From Octopus sinensis (lineage: Eukaryota), in NCBI RefSeq assembly GCF_006345805.1, contig NC_042998.1:78802001-78866000 (forward strand): DNA of 64,000 nucleotides, written 5' to 3'. Both the position numbers and the translations under genes were made by a program. Every line of letters begins with the position of its first letter. Position 1 is the stretch's first letter. Below, in pieces: positions 12,576-27,083 of the stretch. The notes under the pieces were generated by a model. That model made no database searches, was not told the DNA's origin, and saw only the letters and a program-made list of their open reading frames with translations.

Positions 12576-15563
12576 GTATGTGTGTGTACATGTGGGTGTG
12601 TGTGTGTTGTATAAACATGTATGAGATCTGTTTTTGTATGTATTATAATTTTAAATTCTATTTCCTCAATATTCTACAACTGCCATCATAGTTAGCAAGG
12701 GAAACAAGACATGCATACATACAGGTACTTGGATATGTGTTCTGCTGTGCACGCGCGCGCGCGTGTGTGTGTGTTGTGCAGCATAAATAGTGTTTATGTA
12801 AATATATACAAGAGTATGTTAACGCGCTTGTACACTGTTCTACTTATATATACATCACTATATAAATGTTAATGTGTATACTTATGTGCATATATAATTT
12901 GCATAATACAAACTCATTAAAATTTTGTTTTAATTAAATAAGCCGTGGCTTCTCTCTCTCTCTCCCCCCTCTCTCTCCCTCTTTCCACGCACACACATAC
13001 ACACAAACACCTTTTTCTCCAATGCATGAATGGTCTTTGTGTTAAGGTGGTTTGCTTGAACAACTGAATGCCTTATTTCAAAGCTATTAGCTGGGGAATA
13101 GGAGTGTATTCCATTTTCAATCCATCAGGCAAGCTTTGTATTGTTCAGAGGCATGTCATAATATCTGTAAAATTTGAACTAGTTGACTATGAGATCAGTA
13201 GACCAGCACATTAACTTCATATCTTTGTGGCCTTTATATTTATAATAAAGTTTATAAGTGCGGGGGGGGGGGGTTGTAGGTGTATCAAATCCTGTATACA
13301 ATATGTTCTCTAATTTTTGAAAATTTCCTTTGTAAAGAGAAAGTAAAAGAAAACCTAGTGGTGATTGCTTGCCCTCTGAATGAGAAGTAGTGATAATTTG
13401 AAGAAATTAAAAATGATTCTTAATAAACTCACTTTCTAAGAGTAAAGATGAACTGATCATTATTTTGGATTCAGTGACGGGTTTAGATATGTATTACTGC
13501 TTCCAAAGGCAGAGCATTATTCTTGACTTTGTATCAACTTACACATTTATTATATGTAAGGTAAACAGGATTACAGCCATGGGTTTGCTCAGTTGGCTTT
13601 TGCTCAATTGTTAACATCAACAGATTAAGAGAAAATGTATTTCTTTTCAATATAAGTGAATGAAACCTTGGTTTAGATATATATAGACTTGTTTACCTTA
13701 TTACTGACACACACACTCTCATATATCTCAGATTTGGTACACTTCTAATGTGAAGGTATACTGAGAACTTTCCTGCATCCAATATACTGCTGAAATGGAG
13801 ATTGCGTCTCATCTCTTTCCATGGTCAAGAGATAAATACCATCCAGTCAGTTTATACACACATGTATACACACACACACACACACATGCGCACATATTCT
13901 TCATTATCATCATTGTTTTATTGCCACTTTCCATGTTGGTAAGAATAGGCCAGGTCATCATAGTTTAAGTCAGTCATTTGGTGTTACTGCCCTCCTAGAT
14001 GGATCAGAAGACCATGTCTTGCTTAAACATTTCATTTTAAGCTTGGTTTCTATGGTTAGGTGCCCTTCCAAGCACTAACCACCTTTTTGACTGAACTGGG
14101 TGCATTTTATCATAGCACCAAAACTTGAGAGATTTTCATGTCCTTCACAAACTAAAAGGTCCTTTTGACCCCACATATCCATTCATTCACTGTCCACATA
14201 ACAGAATAGATTATGTGTATATTATCATGGCGTTGGCACTTGTGAGACTGACTTGTATCTCATAAAACAAGCCAGTTGTATTATGAGGTCATTCATTTAA
14301 AGTCATACATCCACCCCACACAATACGAAAGAAAGAAGTGAATAGAAGAGAGCAATGTAGAAATGAGAAGTTATCAAAGATGTGTGAGAAGGCAACAGAT
14401 ATAGACTTGACAAACTGAACAAGAGGCTAAAATTGTGTGTGGAGTGAACAGATGACAGAGAGATGATGAAGAACAAGAGAATGTTAGCAGATACAGTGTT
14501 TGGGATGATGGGGGGAACGAGAGTGGGGTGATGGACAGTTAGAGATGGTCATTGGTGAGAGGGATTGATGGTTGTCAATCACAAATAGTCTGGAAAGAAG
14601 GAGTGGCATATTGTGTTTTAGAATGAATAGAGTGTAAATTGTTCATTGTAATGCTGAGAAAACTCCCTGGGCCTATGTGGAGTTTCATGAATATTGCTGT
14701 TACATGAGCAGCTATATCTATGAAACTCTGTTGTGTGTGTGTGTGTGTGTGTGTGTTTATATCTGCATGTGAGCCATACAAGCATGAAGCACCTATGTTG
14801 GTGCCACTTAGAAAGCATCCAGTACACTCTGTAAAGTGTTTAGTATCAGGAAGGGCATCCAGCCACAGAAACAATGCCAGGACAGACTGTTCATCTCATG
14901 TCAGTTTGGAAAATGGATGTTAAGTGGTGGTGGTGAGGAGGAGGATGTGTATATGGACTCTTTTTAATTCTATCTATAAATAGACAATTAGTATAAGCAA
15001 TCCATAAAATATCTTTGTATTTTCTAACCTGGTTCTAATAAACCTTTGATAAGAGCAACATAGTAAAATGTTGGACACCGCCATCCCTATCTAATTGTGC
15101 TTGGTGAATTCATCTTGGCACAAATCTCAAGCAATTTACTGTTTAACACATATACATTGTCAGAGTGGGCAGGTGATAGAGGTATATATGTATGTGACTC
15201 CCACTCCATATATATATGTGTGTGTGTGTTTATGTATTTGCCTTCTAGTGACAGAACAGAATCTAAAGAAAGCAGAATAGTTTCTAAAGATGTAATGAAA
15301 ATGACAATAAGAGAAGTGGGTATTTCTCTTTTTTTTTTTAATGCAAAGGAGAAGATAACAAATACAAGGGCCCTCCTTTTGTGTTTTAAAAGGAAAATGA
15401 TGTGCTTCTGTTGGCAGTAGTGGGCGGCAGTGCAGTTGTTGTTTGTAGTAGCATTGGGGTTGTGTGACAAAGGCTAACACAGAACACATTAAAGCAAATG
15501 TAATTTATTTGTTTATCATCTTTTTTTCTGTCTTGTATTGATGTTTAAAAATGAAATTTTCAG

Positions 15564-15600
15564 TTCACTACAAGATGAAATAATCTCCTACTTTGAACAG
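15564..15600 (+). CDS. Candidate 37-nt host exon (SLQDEIISYFEQ)
   Basis: T-rich tract plus ATTTTCAG acceptor, CAG|GTGACT donor and an open, protein-like frame. Protein not recognised. Confidence 0.35.
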
Positions 15601-15830
15601 GTGACTCATTTCTCTTCACTGAATGAATGATATATTGTGTAAACACTGACCTACAATGGCAATGGATGGCAGAATTGGTAGTGTATTTCATACAAAAATG
15701 TCTCTTGTGGCATTTGGTGATATCTTTTACACTATAACTTCCAATCCTATCTTGATCTACTTTTGCTTCCATCTTTGTAATCTTTGATATATTAACTACC
15801 AAACTGCAATACTAGAAATGATATATATAA

Positions 15831-16063
15831 GGCGGTGAGCTGGTAGAAATGTTAGCACACCGGGCAAAATACTTAGTGGTATTTCGTCTGCCGTTACGTT
15901 CTGAGTTCAAATTCCGCTGAGGTCAACTTTGCCTTTCATCCTTTCGGGGTCGATAAATTAAGTACCAGTTATGCACTGGGCTCCATGTAATCAACTTAAT
16001 CCCTTTGTCTGTCCTTGTTTGTCCCCTCTGTTTAGCCCCTTGTGGGCAATAAAGAAAGAAATA
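15831..16063 (+). mobile_element. Family B tRNA-derived SINE (Meta-domain-like), full length
   Basis: GGCGGTGAGCTGGTAGAA head, B box GAGTTCAAATTCC and core CTTTGCCTTTCATCCTTTCGGGGTCGATAAATTAAGTACCAG resembling the MetaSINE domain. TSD-like AGAAATGATATA at 15814-15825 and 16064-16075. Confidence 0.85.
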
Positions 16064-19000
16064 AGAAATGATATAATCAACTTTATCCTTGAAGGCTATG
16101 CCTGAACATAGCTGCAGTCCAGTGATTAAAATTCGTAAAAATAAACGTCTTGAAAAATGTAGTATTATAAACAATAATCAGTTTTCACTACCTTGCATTT
16201 TAAGTATAAATAATTTTGGTAATCCAGCAGTTATGAGAATAACCAATGATGTTTGACTCTGAGTAAATGCATATTGAGATAGCAGCTGGTAAACACTGCA
16301 TTCCTTGTACTGTGCTGCATATGAATCCATGAACCATTGTACCAATAATCTACTTTATTTTTCAACTTCTGTTAAACTCTGATCAATGTGTTCCAGCTGT
16401 ATCAGTCTCACCTTTTTCTTTTCAGATAGTGTATCTTAAGACTACATTATCTGTTGCATTCTTCTTTTCTCTCTAGGCAATTGTTTGAGTTTTTGATGCA
16501 GATATACCTACTGTTTCTAGCAGAGTAAGTCACCATGTACAGACTGTCTGTTTGCTCCCACTTAGTCTAAATAGTTAAATTTTGTACTAACAAACATTAA
16601 AGTAGTGGTTGGTTATACTGAAATTGTGCAATTGAAGAACTAAATGTAATATCGATCTCTTTTGACTAGTTTCTATTACAGTCTTGTCACATAGAAGGTA
16701 TATCTGAATGAGTCAAACTCAAGATAACTAATGTAGCAAGCTATGAAAAATTTATGGTGGTTAAGAGCAAAGTCTTCATTCTCAGGCACCTTGTGGTTGT
16801 TGTACTTGACATTTCCTTTTTAAAGGAGATATAATTAATTGAACTTATATCATAACTTCATTTGTATGCAATTTATATTGTAAACTCTAAAACACCATGA
16901 TGATGATGATTATTAACAAACTTATTGAATTGCATTCATTTGGGGTGATCAAAATTTAATACAAATTTCTTCTATCTTAACACAAGCTCACTAAATAAAC
17001 CACAATTGTTTATAGTACTTTATTGTACAAATATTATTGCAATGTGTGTTTATATACACACACCACATGCACATATATACATATACATGCAGTATACCTA
17101 CACCATATCAATTATACATGTATGTATATGAATTCCATAAAGCTAGTTGTACTTCGGATTTGAGACATACCTCGCACTAGTCGATTCTCAACTTCATCAA
17201 CTTTGGCAAATTCAGTATTGCTGTCTTTGACTCTGTCTTGCACAAAAACCCCCAAGAAAAAAACTTGCATTCATTTCTCACTTCTTGGACTGAAATGTTC
17301 TCATTCAGTCAACCCATGGCAGCATATTACAGTTATTATCTCTTCCTCTCTTTGACCTATGTTTTATCAACCCACATTTTCATGGATGAATAATGTCCTT
17401 ACTGTTACTTACCATCAAACACACTTCAACACAGATGATACCTCCCATCAGGCTTAATTAGCTTTCCATGCACAGTCATTATCCAACACAAACTAGACAC
17501 CTTACTTGCACTACTTCTTGAAACTGACCTCAAAATCATCCTGTAATTAGGACATAACCTAATCTCATTTAATAATAGCAAGAGTGATCCAATTACACAG
17601 CAAGAAAAAAATGATTACTTTTCATACATAAGCAACATAACTATAACCTTCATACTACTTAGTCACACAAGCTGTTACAACATCCTTATATTGTTGCGAA
17701 AAATAGTGACATAAGTATGTCTATGATATAGCTGAAAATGCTTCTCAACAAGCTAAGCATTTTCAGAACTACAAAATGCTTTGGCTGTGATCAGTTACCT
17801 TACAAGGAACAAGGAATCCTCTGTTGAATTATTTGTAATATGTATGGGACTGTAGAAATGATACATAGTCATTCACAAAATTACATTAAAAAGAAACAAA
17901 AAATATTTAATTAAAATTGATATTCATCTGATTAGCAAAACTTTACTCTCTAAGCACATTACAACCACAAGCCTATTGATGGTCTGTATCAATGCAATTT
18001 ATCTGTTATTTCTAGTGCGATGAATGACCAAATATGGCTCTCTTGCTGGTTCTATTAGCAACTTATATTCTCAGAATATCACCATCGACTAACAACTCCA
18101 CATAAAGTTTTGCCTACTTTTAATTCTATGGCATTCAAAAGCAGTTTTAACTTCTTATTGATATTTGAGGTATTACCCGTAAGAACATCTAAGTTTAAGA
18201 CAACACAATTTCCCTCAACAAAACGCATTCTATGTAAAAACAAGACAAAAACGCCTAAATTTAAAGAACAAAAGTGCCATGTACAGTCATTCATTTTACA
18301 GCTATTTATTATTTTTAAAAATTTTTTTGTGCTAGCATGAAGACTTACTTGAGGTAGTATTTTTACAGCCAGATGTCCTTACTTATTTTACAAGTAAAGG
18401 ATTTTTTTTTATTCCACTGGTCTTTGAAAGTGCAGGAGAATGAGGCATATTGCCGAGAGGGAATGCAAATATCACCTAACTACTTCACTAAGGCAGTGAC
18501 AGCAAAGACATAGAACCTCAATATTCACACACACACTCATGCTTGATTCTGCATTACTTTAGATAGCTATCTGGAAGAGATACTCATGTCTCACAATGTT
18601 ACTTTACAAAGATAAGCATCATATCTTAATGCTTAAAAATCATTGCTATGAAATCAAATCCAAACATTGAATTTTAAATTACATACATTCACAGGTTGCA
18701 TTTTACATATTTACGCCCAATGATAGGAGTAGACACTAAAATGTCTATGACCGTACTTCTGCTTCGTTAGTGCAGACCTGAGATTAAATAAAACTGCCAC
18801 CAATTTACAATCATATATCTACCTGCTCTGTTTGCAACAATTTACTACAATTCAGCTAATAAAAGAGCTTCTTTGTGATCACTTTATTGTTAGAAATAAC
18901 AACCAAATTTCCCTCAAACCATACCATCTTGCAAAAGAAAGGACTCATTTGCATAAAATTTTCCTTGATATTGCCTGGAAAAAAATATATAAGTAAACTG

Positions 19001-20221
19001 AATGGCTATGATTGAGACATTATTTATCATCATTCTGCTCAATCAAAATGATGATCAAAGTCATTGGCATATTAGATAAAGTCGGCTTAAAGATAGCCTG
19101 CATCTGCTCAATCATAGTTTTTCTGAGTCAAAAAAAAGAAAGAAAGAAAAACTGTCACACCCCCATTTGCTACTATCCAGTAACTTCCACTACAATATTT
19201 ATCTTTTTCATTCAGATTTCATCATCTATTTATATGATATAACCAGATCAAGTATTCTGATGCACACCTTCTCTGGCTATTGCCCATGCAGTACTCATCA
19301 GAATTACAACTGTCTTATCAGATAGCATATTAATGCCACACTTGTCTGCTTGTCTTTGCTCAGGTTGCTGATTTTGTTTTTTACCTCATCTTATCACTCT
19401 TAACTTAATCTGATGAAATTGTTATCAACCAGCAGTCATCACATCTTTGAAATCTCTAAATCTAAAATTTCAAATGCAATCCTCAAAAAAAGCTTTGTGA
19501 CAAATTGTCATCATTATCATTATTGCTACTACTTCATATAGAAATTTTGTTGTTGTCATCATTATCACCGTCTTATAATATATTTTTTTTTCATTTTGAG
19601 ATTTGCATAATTTTCTTCAAATTTATTGCCTTTAGAGCCATTAATGATTGAGTTACAAACTTGAGAATTAAAGTCAGCGCTTGTTTCATGTGCTTTTAGC
19701 TTCAAATATGACAATTGATATTCTGAAATTCAACTCTGCTGATCCAATAAAGATGGTTGGTTGGATTCCTATCTTCTGGTAAGATTCTTGCTGATATTTA
19801 TGACATTATGAATTTGAAAAGTTGCTATTGTCAGACTTCTGGTTTGTAAACTTCTCTGATACTAAAATACAGTAACGATTTGCAATCCTGAATATTTTGT
19901 TACATATCAGGTCTGATTTGTTATTGATGGCACTTGACCCACTGCAAATTTGCGGCTTCAGTTTTGTAATATACATGTTGTAGTAATTTTGAGTAATAAG
20001 GGAGATGGAAAACATGTTCATGGATAAGCCTATATTTGTAGCAAACTATTTATGATATTTTGTAATTTTTATCTTTGACATCATATGCTACACCATGTTT
20101 CCATACTTCGTAACTGAATTATAACAGCCATAAAAACTGTAGCAAGTGATAATCTGGATACGTAGAAAGGATGTCTTGAAGAGAAAGTTCTCCTGGAACA
20201 CACTTTTTATTTATCATAATA

Positions 20222-20603
20222 CTAGCAGTATCGCCCGGCGTTGCTCGGGTTTGTAAGGGAAATAACTATAAAGCATTTTTAGAGAGTGATAGCCAAAAAA
20301 TAGCAAAAAAATGGAAAAAAATGATGGTAAATTTTTTTGAGAGTTAAAAAGGTCGAGTTGCGTCCCCTAGACAGTCTGTGGTTTGTGTTTCTGATTCTCG
20401 ACCCCATGTCGAATTTATCGATTTTTTTCAGAACTGGGGGAACTTTTAAGAATTTTCGCTGCGTTAGTTTTGAATTATGACATTGGGCTATGTGTGTGTC
20501 AAGTTTCATCAGAATCGGTTGAAAGCCGTGGTCAGGGTGAGGGTACGAGAAAACAGACACACAGAAACACGCACAGACAAACTGCCGTTTATATATAGAG
20601 AGA
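20222..20603 (-). mobile_element. Non-autonomous Helitron, complete (382 bp)
   Basis: Minus strand starts TCTCTCTATATATAAACGGCAG and ends with hairpin CCCGAGCAACGCCGGG plus CGATACTG-CTAG. Inserted between A and T with no TSD; CpG-rich. Confidence 0.88.
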
Positions 20604-21029
20604 TATCATTGTAGTTCTTTTTTTCTTTTTGTTTACGTTTGGTATAATTACTGCAACTTCTGAAGTTCTCAAATACAGCTTCTGCAGTCGGTCACTTATC
20701 TTGTTTGAGATTGTGTTTTTGTGCAGTGACAACCACTGGGAAATCTTGCATGTTAACAATATTTCCCACCCCACATCCCTTTCATTTTTGACTCCACTTA
20801 CTGTTCCTTATTTACTTTTTAACATTCTTATTATCTGATTACAAAACTCATCAGATTTTCATTCTCAATAAAATTGTATTCACTTCTGTTACAAATTTTA
20901 AATGCATAGGAAATTTACTATCTTAACACATCTTTCTTTTAATGAAGCCATGTTTTTTTGCTATATCAGAAAGAAAATTGGTTGAATAAGACATTTGGCA
21001 AAACTTAAAGTCATAGTCAACATCATCAT

Positions 21030-21445
21030 CCAAAATCAAAATCGATCAACATCAATGGAAATCGTAGCTGTGATACCAGTGCTGGTGGCACATAAGAGAA
21101 CCATCTGAACCATTGCCAGCACCGCCCCGACTGGCCTCCGTGCCATGGCATGTAAAAAGCACCATCCGATCGTGGCCATTGCCAGCCTTGCCTGGCCTCC
21201 GTGCCGGTGGCATGTAAAAAGCACCATCCTATCGTGGCCATTTGCCAGCCTCGTCTGGCACCTGTGCTGGTGGCACGTAAAAAGCATCAACTACACTCAC
21301 GGAGTGGTTGGTGTTAGGAAGGGCATCCAGCCGTAGAAACATTGCCAGATCAGACTGGGCCTGGTGCAGCCTTCTGGCTTCCCAGACCCCAGTTGAACCG
21401 TCCAACCCATACCAGCATGGAAAGCGGATGCTAAACGATGATGAG
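21030..21445 (+). mobile_element. Family C SINE-like retroposon, near full length
   Basis: Reverse complement of the 11621-12118 organisation, ending GCATGGAAAGCGGATGCTAAACGATGATGA. Confidence 0.85.
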
Positions 21446-21547
21446 TCAAAATGAATATTGCAGTAAATTCAAAACTATGGTTGGAGACAAATAATACCAC
21501 ATATATGTCAGTAACACTCATTTACAGCTATCACATGATGCAAGAAG

Positions 21548-21585
<38 letters not shown>

Positions 21586-22057
21586 TCTCTCTCTCTCATG
21601 CACATACACAAAACTCATGTGCTTAGAATGAATGGATATATTTTGATGTGTAAATATCATTACTTGGATATTTTCTTAAAGACATTTATATATTTTGCCT
21701 GTTTTAAACGACTTGCATATTCTCATGGTATGGTGACTTCATTTATCATCTTTATTCAGTCCAGCTGTCATCATCAATACAGTTACTAATGTTTTGAGCT
21801 GAATTGTGTTGCAAATTAGATTTATTTTACATTGCATGAAATATAGAATATTCACTCACTTTCTAAATTATGATCTTGTGAAAATTTCTGCAATTTTAGT
21901 GTACAAACATAATTTAGTTATGTCTTTATGCACAAAGTTTTTCTGAAATCATTTCCTGTGAAAAAGGTGTTTGTTAGTTGGTTCAACTTAATTTGTACCA
22001 CAGTATTCATATATATTGTGCAAACCATGCATATCACTTATTGGTAAAATTAAAGTT

Positions 22058-22415
22058 CAGGAGTGGCTGTGTGGTAAGTAGCTTGCTTACCAACCACATG
22101 GTTCCTGGTTCAATCCCACTGTGTGGCACCTTGGGCAAGTGTCTTCTGCTATAGCCTCAGGCTGACCAAAGCCTTGTGAGTGGATTTGGTAGACAGAAAC
22201 TGAAAGAAGCCTGTCGTATGTGTGTGTGTGTTTGTATTCCCACCATCGCTTGACAACCGATGTTGGTGTGTTCACGCCCCCATAACTTAGCGATTTGGCA
22301 AAAGAGACCGATAGAATAAGTACTAGGCTTACAGAGAATAAGTACTGGGGTCGATTTGTTCGACTAAAGGCGGTGCTCCAGCATGGCTGCAGTCAAATGA
22401 CTGAAACATAAAAGA
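22058..22415 (+). mobile_element. Family A SINE
   Basis: Colinear with 4683-5070. Confidence 0.85.
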
Positions 22416-23094
22416 AAAAGAAAAATTTATATACTTTGATTCATAATGCATTAAAAGGAAAATTGCTAAAGATACAGTATAAGACAGAAACCTCTTCCTA
22501 TCAATAATGACTAAACAGCAGCACATTTGTTTACTAAATCGATGTAGTACAAAATGTGGATATTATTACTAGCAGGGGAGATGTTTATGGTTGCAGCTAT
22601 TACAAAACTGGGCCATGAAATTTCCATTGGTACTACTTATCTGTATATATATTTGTTCTATGTGGAAAATATTCCATCAATATTGCATAAATGATGTTGG
22701 CATCAATTTTAAAATCCATCCAAAACTTGGCTCCCATGCTATCTTCCCACTACAAAAATTGAACTTGGTAGACATAACAACATTATGTCACAATTAATTA
22801 CTTTACTTCAACCAATCTAGCTCTCTTTAATACTATACCAAAATATGTCAAAACGGAAATGGATCCCATAAAATTCAAATGTTCTCTGGACAAATTTCTT
22901 CAAAAATTCCTAGACCAACCACCTGCACCCGGATATGTCTCCAATAATAATAACTCTTTGCTATAATGGGATATGGTGCCCCATATATGACTAAAAGACT
23001 TTACCAGGTGGTGCTATTAAGTTAGACATGGCCTAGGCCTATACTGGCTGAAACCTATCAAAGTTAAATACACACACACACAAACACATAGAGA

Positions 23095-23495
23095 AGTTGC
23101 TTATGTGCCTAAGAAGTTTACTTGTCATGTGATCTTAGGTTCACTCTCACTGTGCAGCAGTGTCTTCTACTATAGCCTAAGGCTGACCAAAGTCCTGTGA
23201 GTGGATTTGGAAGATAGAAACTGAAATAAGCTCATTGTGCATATGGGTGTGTGTGTCTGTATGCATGTGTGTATGTGTGTGTATTTGTCTCTTTGTCTTG
23301 ATATCACATGATATTGTAAATGAGCATCACCTTCATGCAATGATATACATTTCCGGTCTTCCATGGGAAAATATAACCTTTCTTAGAAACAGGTAAGGGT
23401 TAGCAACAGAAATCGCATTCAGTCATAGAAGATTTGCCTCAACAAATTCTGTCTGATCCATGCAAGCAGAAAAGTGGATGTTAAATGATGATGAT
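23095..23495 (+). mobile_element. Older chimeric SINE: family A-like head and core with family C-like (GAT)n tail
   Basis: GTGTCTTCTACTATAGCC..GACCAAAGTCCTGTGAGTGGATTTGG, then ..CCATGCAAGCAGAAAAGTGGATGTTAAATGATGATGAT. Confidence 0.6.
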
Positions 23496-24914
23496 AATAA
23501 TAATAATAATGATGATGATGATGTGTGTATGTGTGTATGAATAAATGAATTAATTAATTATTAGAAACAGAAACTCTGAGTCTGTATGCTGATTATTGGA
23601 CATTTGTGAAAATGTTTTACAGCTATGTTTAATATATACCAATTTCCATTTGTCAACCAAAGATCAGCAATGAACCAAACTTCATTTTTATCTCTTGTTT
23701 ACACATACGTGTACATAGGCATGCATATATTGATATGCAGTCATTGATTGAGTGGGGACAGCCTGACATAAAATGGACTCCGTAGTCTTGCCAGGGACAA
23801 GACAACCTTGCTAGAACTGGTATCACAATAAAATTCATCTAGTGCTTTCTATAAAATGCTTGGTAATAAGAAAGGCATCTTTCCTATTGTAGAAACCATA
23901 GCAAAAATGAAAGGTATGAGTGAATCATGGTCTTTAATTTGTGTTGAGGCTGGGCAGTAATCCTGAACATAAAACACAGACCCTAACAATCCATCTATTT
24001 CATTACAGCATGGAAAAGCAAATTTAAATTGATGATGATGATAACAATGCTTGTATGTAACTGTCTATGTATATATCATATGTGTAAACCCAGTGTTCAC
24101 CCAGACACACACACGCACATTTATTTACATTTAAATGTGCAAGCATGTATCGCTTGAGCAGAACTGAAAACTTTTATCTCTATATAATATATCTAGGGCA
24201 AATCAGCTCAACACAACCCACCCTTCACAAAGATTTCTCACTTGAAGTTTTGATCTCAACAATGCCTGTGAAGAAAAGGGGCATGCCATTTTTTTGTATT
24301 TGTGACCTGATTTTTATATGGGAGTGAGCTGTCTGTACTTAGCATATTTACCACTAAATGAAAATTTAAGCGTGTAACATTGTTCACAGTGCTGCACAAA
24401 TAGTGATTGTGATGATCATGATAATTTATTTATTAACCATTTGGGAAAGTAATACTAGTACCATGTCTATTAAAAGCAAGTGTTTTAAAATTGAAATAAA
24501 ATAGGGTATGAAAATATAAAGCAGTATCAATAAAAAAAATGTGAACAAATGCACACAAGCCTTATATAAAATAATAGCCTACATTATACACAATAAATTT
24601 TCCCTTTCAATAGCACATCTCAAATAGTACACGTTTTGTATTCAGACCCCATATAATAACCACCCCATAAAATAATACAATACATATGCTACATAAATGC
24701 TATACAATTTCAATTTCTGATATGCAAACCACCTGCAACATACTCCAACAATAAGACATAACTCCAAGAATGCAGCACTTACAAAACCCAGTCTCTACTC
24801 AACAAAATAATGCAACACATATTACATATCCCCTACATGACAAATAGTGCCAGAAACATCAAGCTAACCCCATAATTAAGCAAAACTGATGTAATATTCT
24901 AAAACATGTCTATA

Positions 24915-24945
<31 letters not shown>

Positions 24946-25029
24946 ACAAAAATTACTAGAGGCATAGTGGTATTGTAGTAGAAAGTCGCAAAAACTATTT
25001 CTAGAAATAATAATAATCTATCATTGGGC

Positions 25030-25446
25030 AATAAACTGTGCTTGCAAAGACCTGTTGAGGCAAGTGAAGTCATTGGCCAATGACAGTACCGCCTGATTGG
25101 CACATAAAAAGCACCATTCGAGCATGGTCAATGCCAGTGTCGCCTAACTGGTCCCATGCTGGTGGCATGTAAATAGCGCCATTCGAGCACGGTTGTTGCC
25201 AGTGGCACATAAAAAGCACCATTCAAGCATGGCCAATGCCAGTACTGCCTGACTAGCCTCATGCCGGTGACACATAAAAAGCGCCCATTAGACACATGGA
25301 GTGGTTAGCATTAGGAAGGGCATCCAGCTGTAAAAACATTGCTAGATTGGAATGGAGCCTGGTACAGCCTTCTGGCTCGCCAGCTCTCAGTCAAACTGTC
25401 CAACCCATGCCAGCATGGAAAGCAGACATTAAACAGCGATGATGAT
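25030..25446 (+). mobile_element. Family C SINE-like retroposon
   Basis: GGCACATAAAAAGCACCATTCGAGCATGG units and the shared 3' end with a GAT tail. Confidence 0.8.
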
Positions 25447-25451
25447 AAATA

Positions 25452-26702
25452 ATCCTTTCTACTATAGGCACAAGGCCTGAAATTTTTAGGGAGGGGACTA
25501 GTCAATTACATTGACCCCAGTACTCAACTGGTATTTATTTCATCAACTCCAAAAGGATGAAAGGCAAAGTCAACTAGATGGAATTTGAACTCAGAATGTA
25601 GCAACAGGTGAAATACTGCTAAACATTTTGCTCAGCCTGCTAACAATTCTACCAGCTCGACACCTTAATAATAATGATAGATCTTTCTACTGGAAGCACA
25701 AGGCCTCAAATGTGTGGAGAAGGGACTAGTTGATTACATTGACCCCAGTGTTTCACTGGTACTTAATTTATCGATCCTGAAAGGATGAAAGTTAAAGTCG
25801 ACCTCAGTTGAATTTGAACTCAGAACATAGTGACAGATGAAATACTGCTAAGCATTTCACTCAGCATGCTAACGATTCTGCCAACTTGCCGCCTTAATAA
25901 TAAAAATAGTAATAATAATGATTTCTTTTATTGACCACAAGGGCCCAAGACATGGAAGACTATATCAAAGGATGAGTTACAGCACAAAAAAAAAAATACA
26001 AAAACATGTGGAATTAGCATCAATCAAGGGGAGATACTACCACATTAAAGGATATAACAGGATATATAATAGAAAGTAGAGAAATAAATAAATAAATAGA
26101 ATCCCCAAATTCTTTGTACTATAGGCACAAGGTTGAAATTTCTGTGGGAATGGAGTGAGGTTATTTGATTGCATTGATGCCAGTGATCAACTGGTACTTA
26201 TTTTATCAATCCTGAAAGGATAAAAGGTAAAAGTCAACCTCGGAATATAAAAATGTATGAAATGCTTCTAAGCATTTTGTCTGGAATTCTAGCGCTTCTG
26301 TCTGCTCATCACCTTTTATGATCCCTTCTGCTGTAGGCACAAAGCTCGAAAATTTGGTGGGTGTGTTGATTAAAAGGACCCCAGTGCTTGATACTTATTT
26401 TATTGACCGTGGAAGGATGAAAGGCAAAGCTGACCACACTGGTATTTGAACTCAGAACATAAATAGATGGAAGAAATACTGCTAAGCAATTTGTCCAGCA
26501 TGCTAATGATTGTGCCTGTAATTTATGATGGGAAAGAGCAAGTCAATTATATCAACCCCTGTTCTTGAGTGGTACTGATTTTATTAACCCTGAAAAGATG
26601 AAAGTCAAAGTCTGTCTTCATGGGATCCGAACTCAGAACATAAAAATGAAGATGAAATGCCACTTAGCATTTTGTGCAACCTGCTAACAATTCTGCCAGC
26701 TC
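25452..26702 (-). repeat. Head-to-tail cluster of about 5 family B SINE copies
   Basis: Recurrent ACTATAGGCACAAGG..TTGACCCCAGT..GAAAGGATGAAAG.CAAAGT..TTTGAACTCAGAA..GCATTTTG units at about 25452, 25682, 26110, 26322 and 26528. Confidence 0.8.
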
Positions 26703-26715
26703 TTTAGCAACAACA

Positions 26716-27083
26716 GTGGAGGTACAATGGCCCAATGGTTAGGGCAGCGGACTCACGGTCAGAGGATCGTGGTTTCGATTCCCAGACCGGGTGTTGTGTG
26801 TGTTTATTGAGCGAAAACACTTAAAGCTCCACGAGGCTCTGGCAGGGGGTGGTAGCGACCCCTGCTGTACTCTTTCTCTCACTCTTTCTTCCTGTTTCTT
26901 GTCTCCAACTTCCTATGCAACCGCTGAGCCTGGATACACATTCATCCATCCGTCGATGCTCTCGGTGTCAGGGGTTGACCTGCTTTCTCTTCTGTGGGTC
27001 TTACGAATAGCAAAGGAACACGTTTTGGACTGCTCCCACTACAGGACAAAGACTGCTTCGCTCAAACAAACAAACAAACAAAC
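26716..27083 (+). mobile_element. Fourth tRNA-derived SINE (tRNA-Arg-like head), relatively young
   Basis: A box TGGCCCAATGG (26728), B box GGTTTCGATTCC (26771), (AAAC)n tail and 10-bp TSD AGCAACAACA at 26706-26715 and 27084-27093. Confidence 0.85.

Noticed and set aside
17150-20210. Faint CR1/L2 RT-like (17.2-17.5 kb) and hAT-like (18.1 and 19.7 kb) traces
   Set aside because: Too degenerate to call without a profile search.
26719-26790. tRNA gene
   Set aside because: A and B boxes are present but there is no proper acceptor stem, and the sequence continues into a SINE body with tail and TSD.
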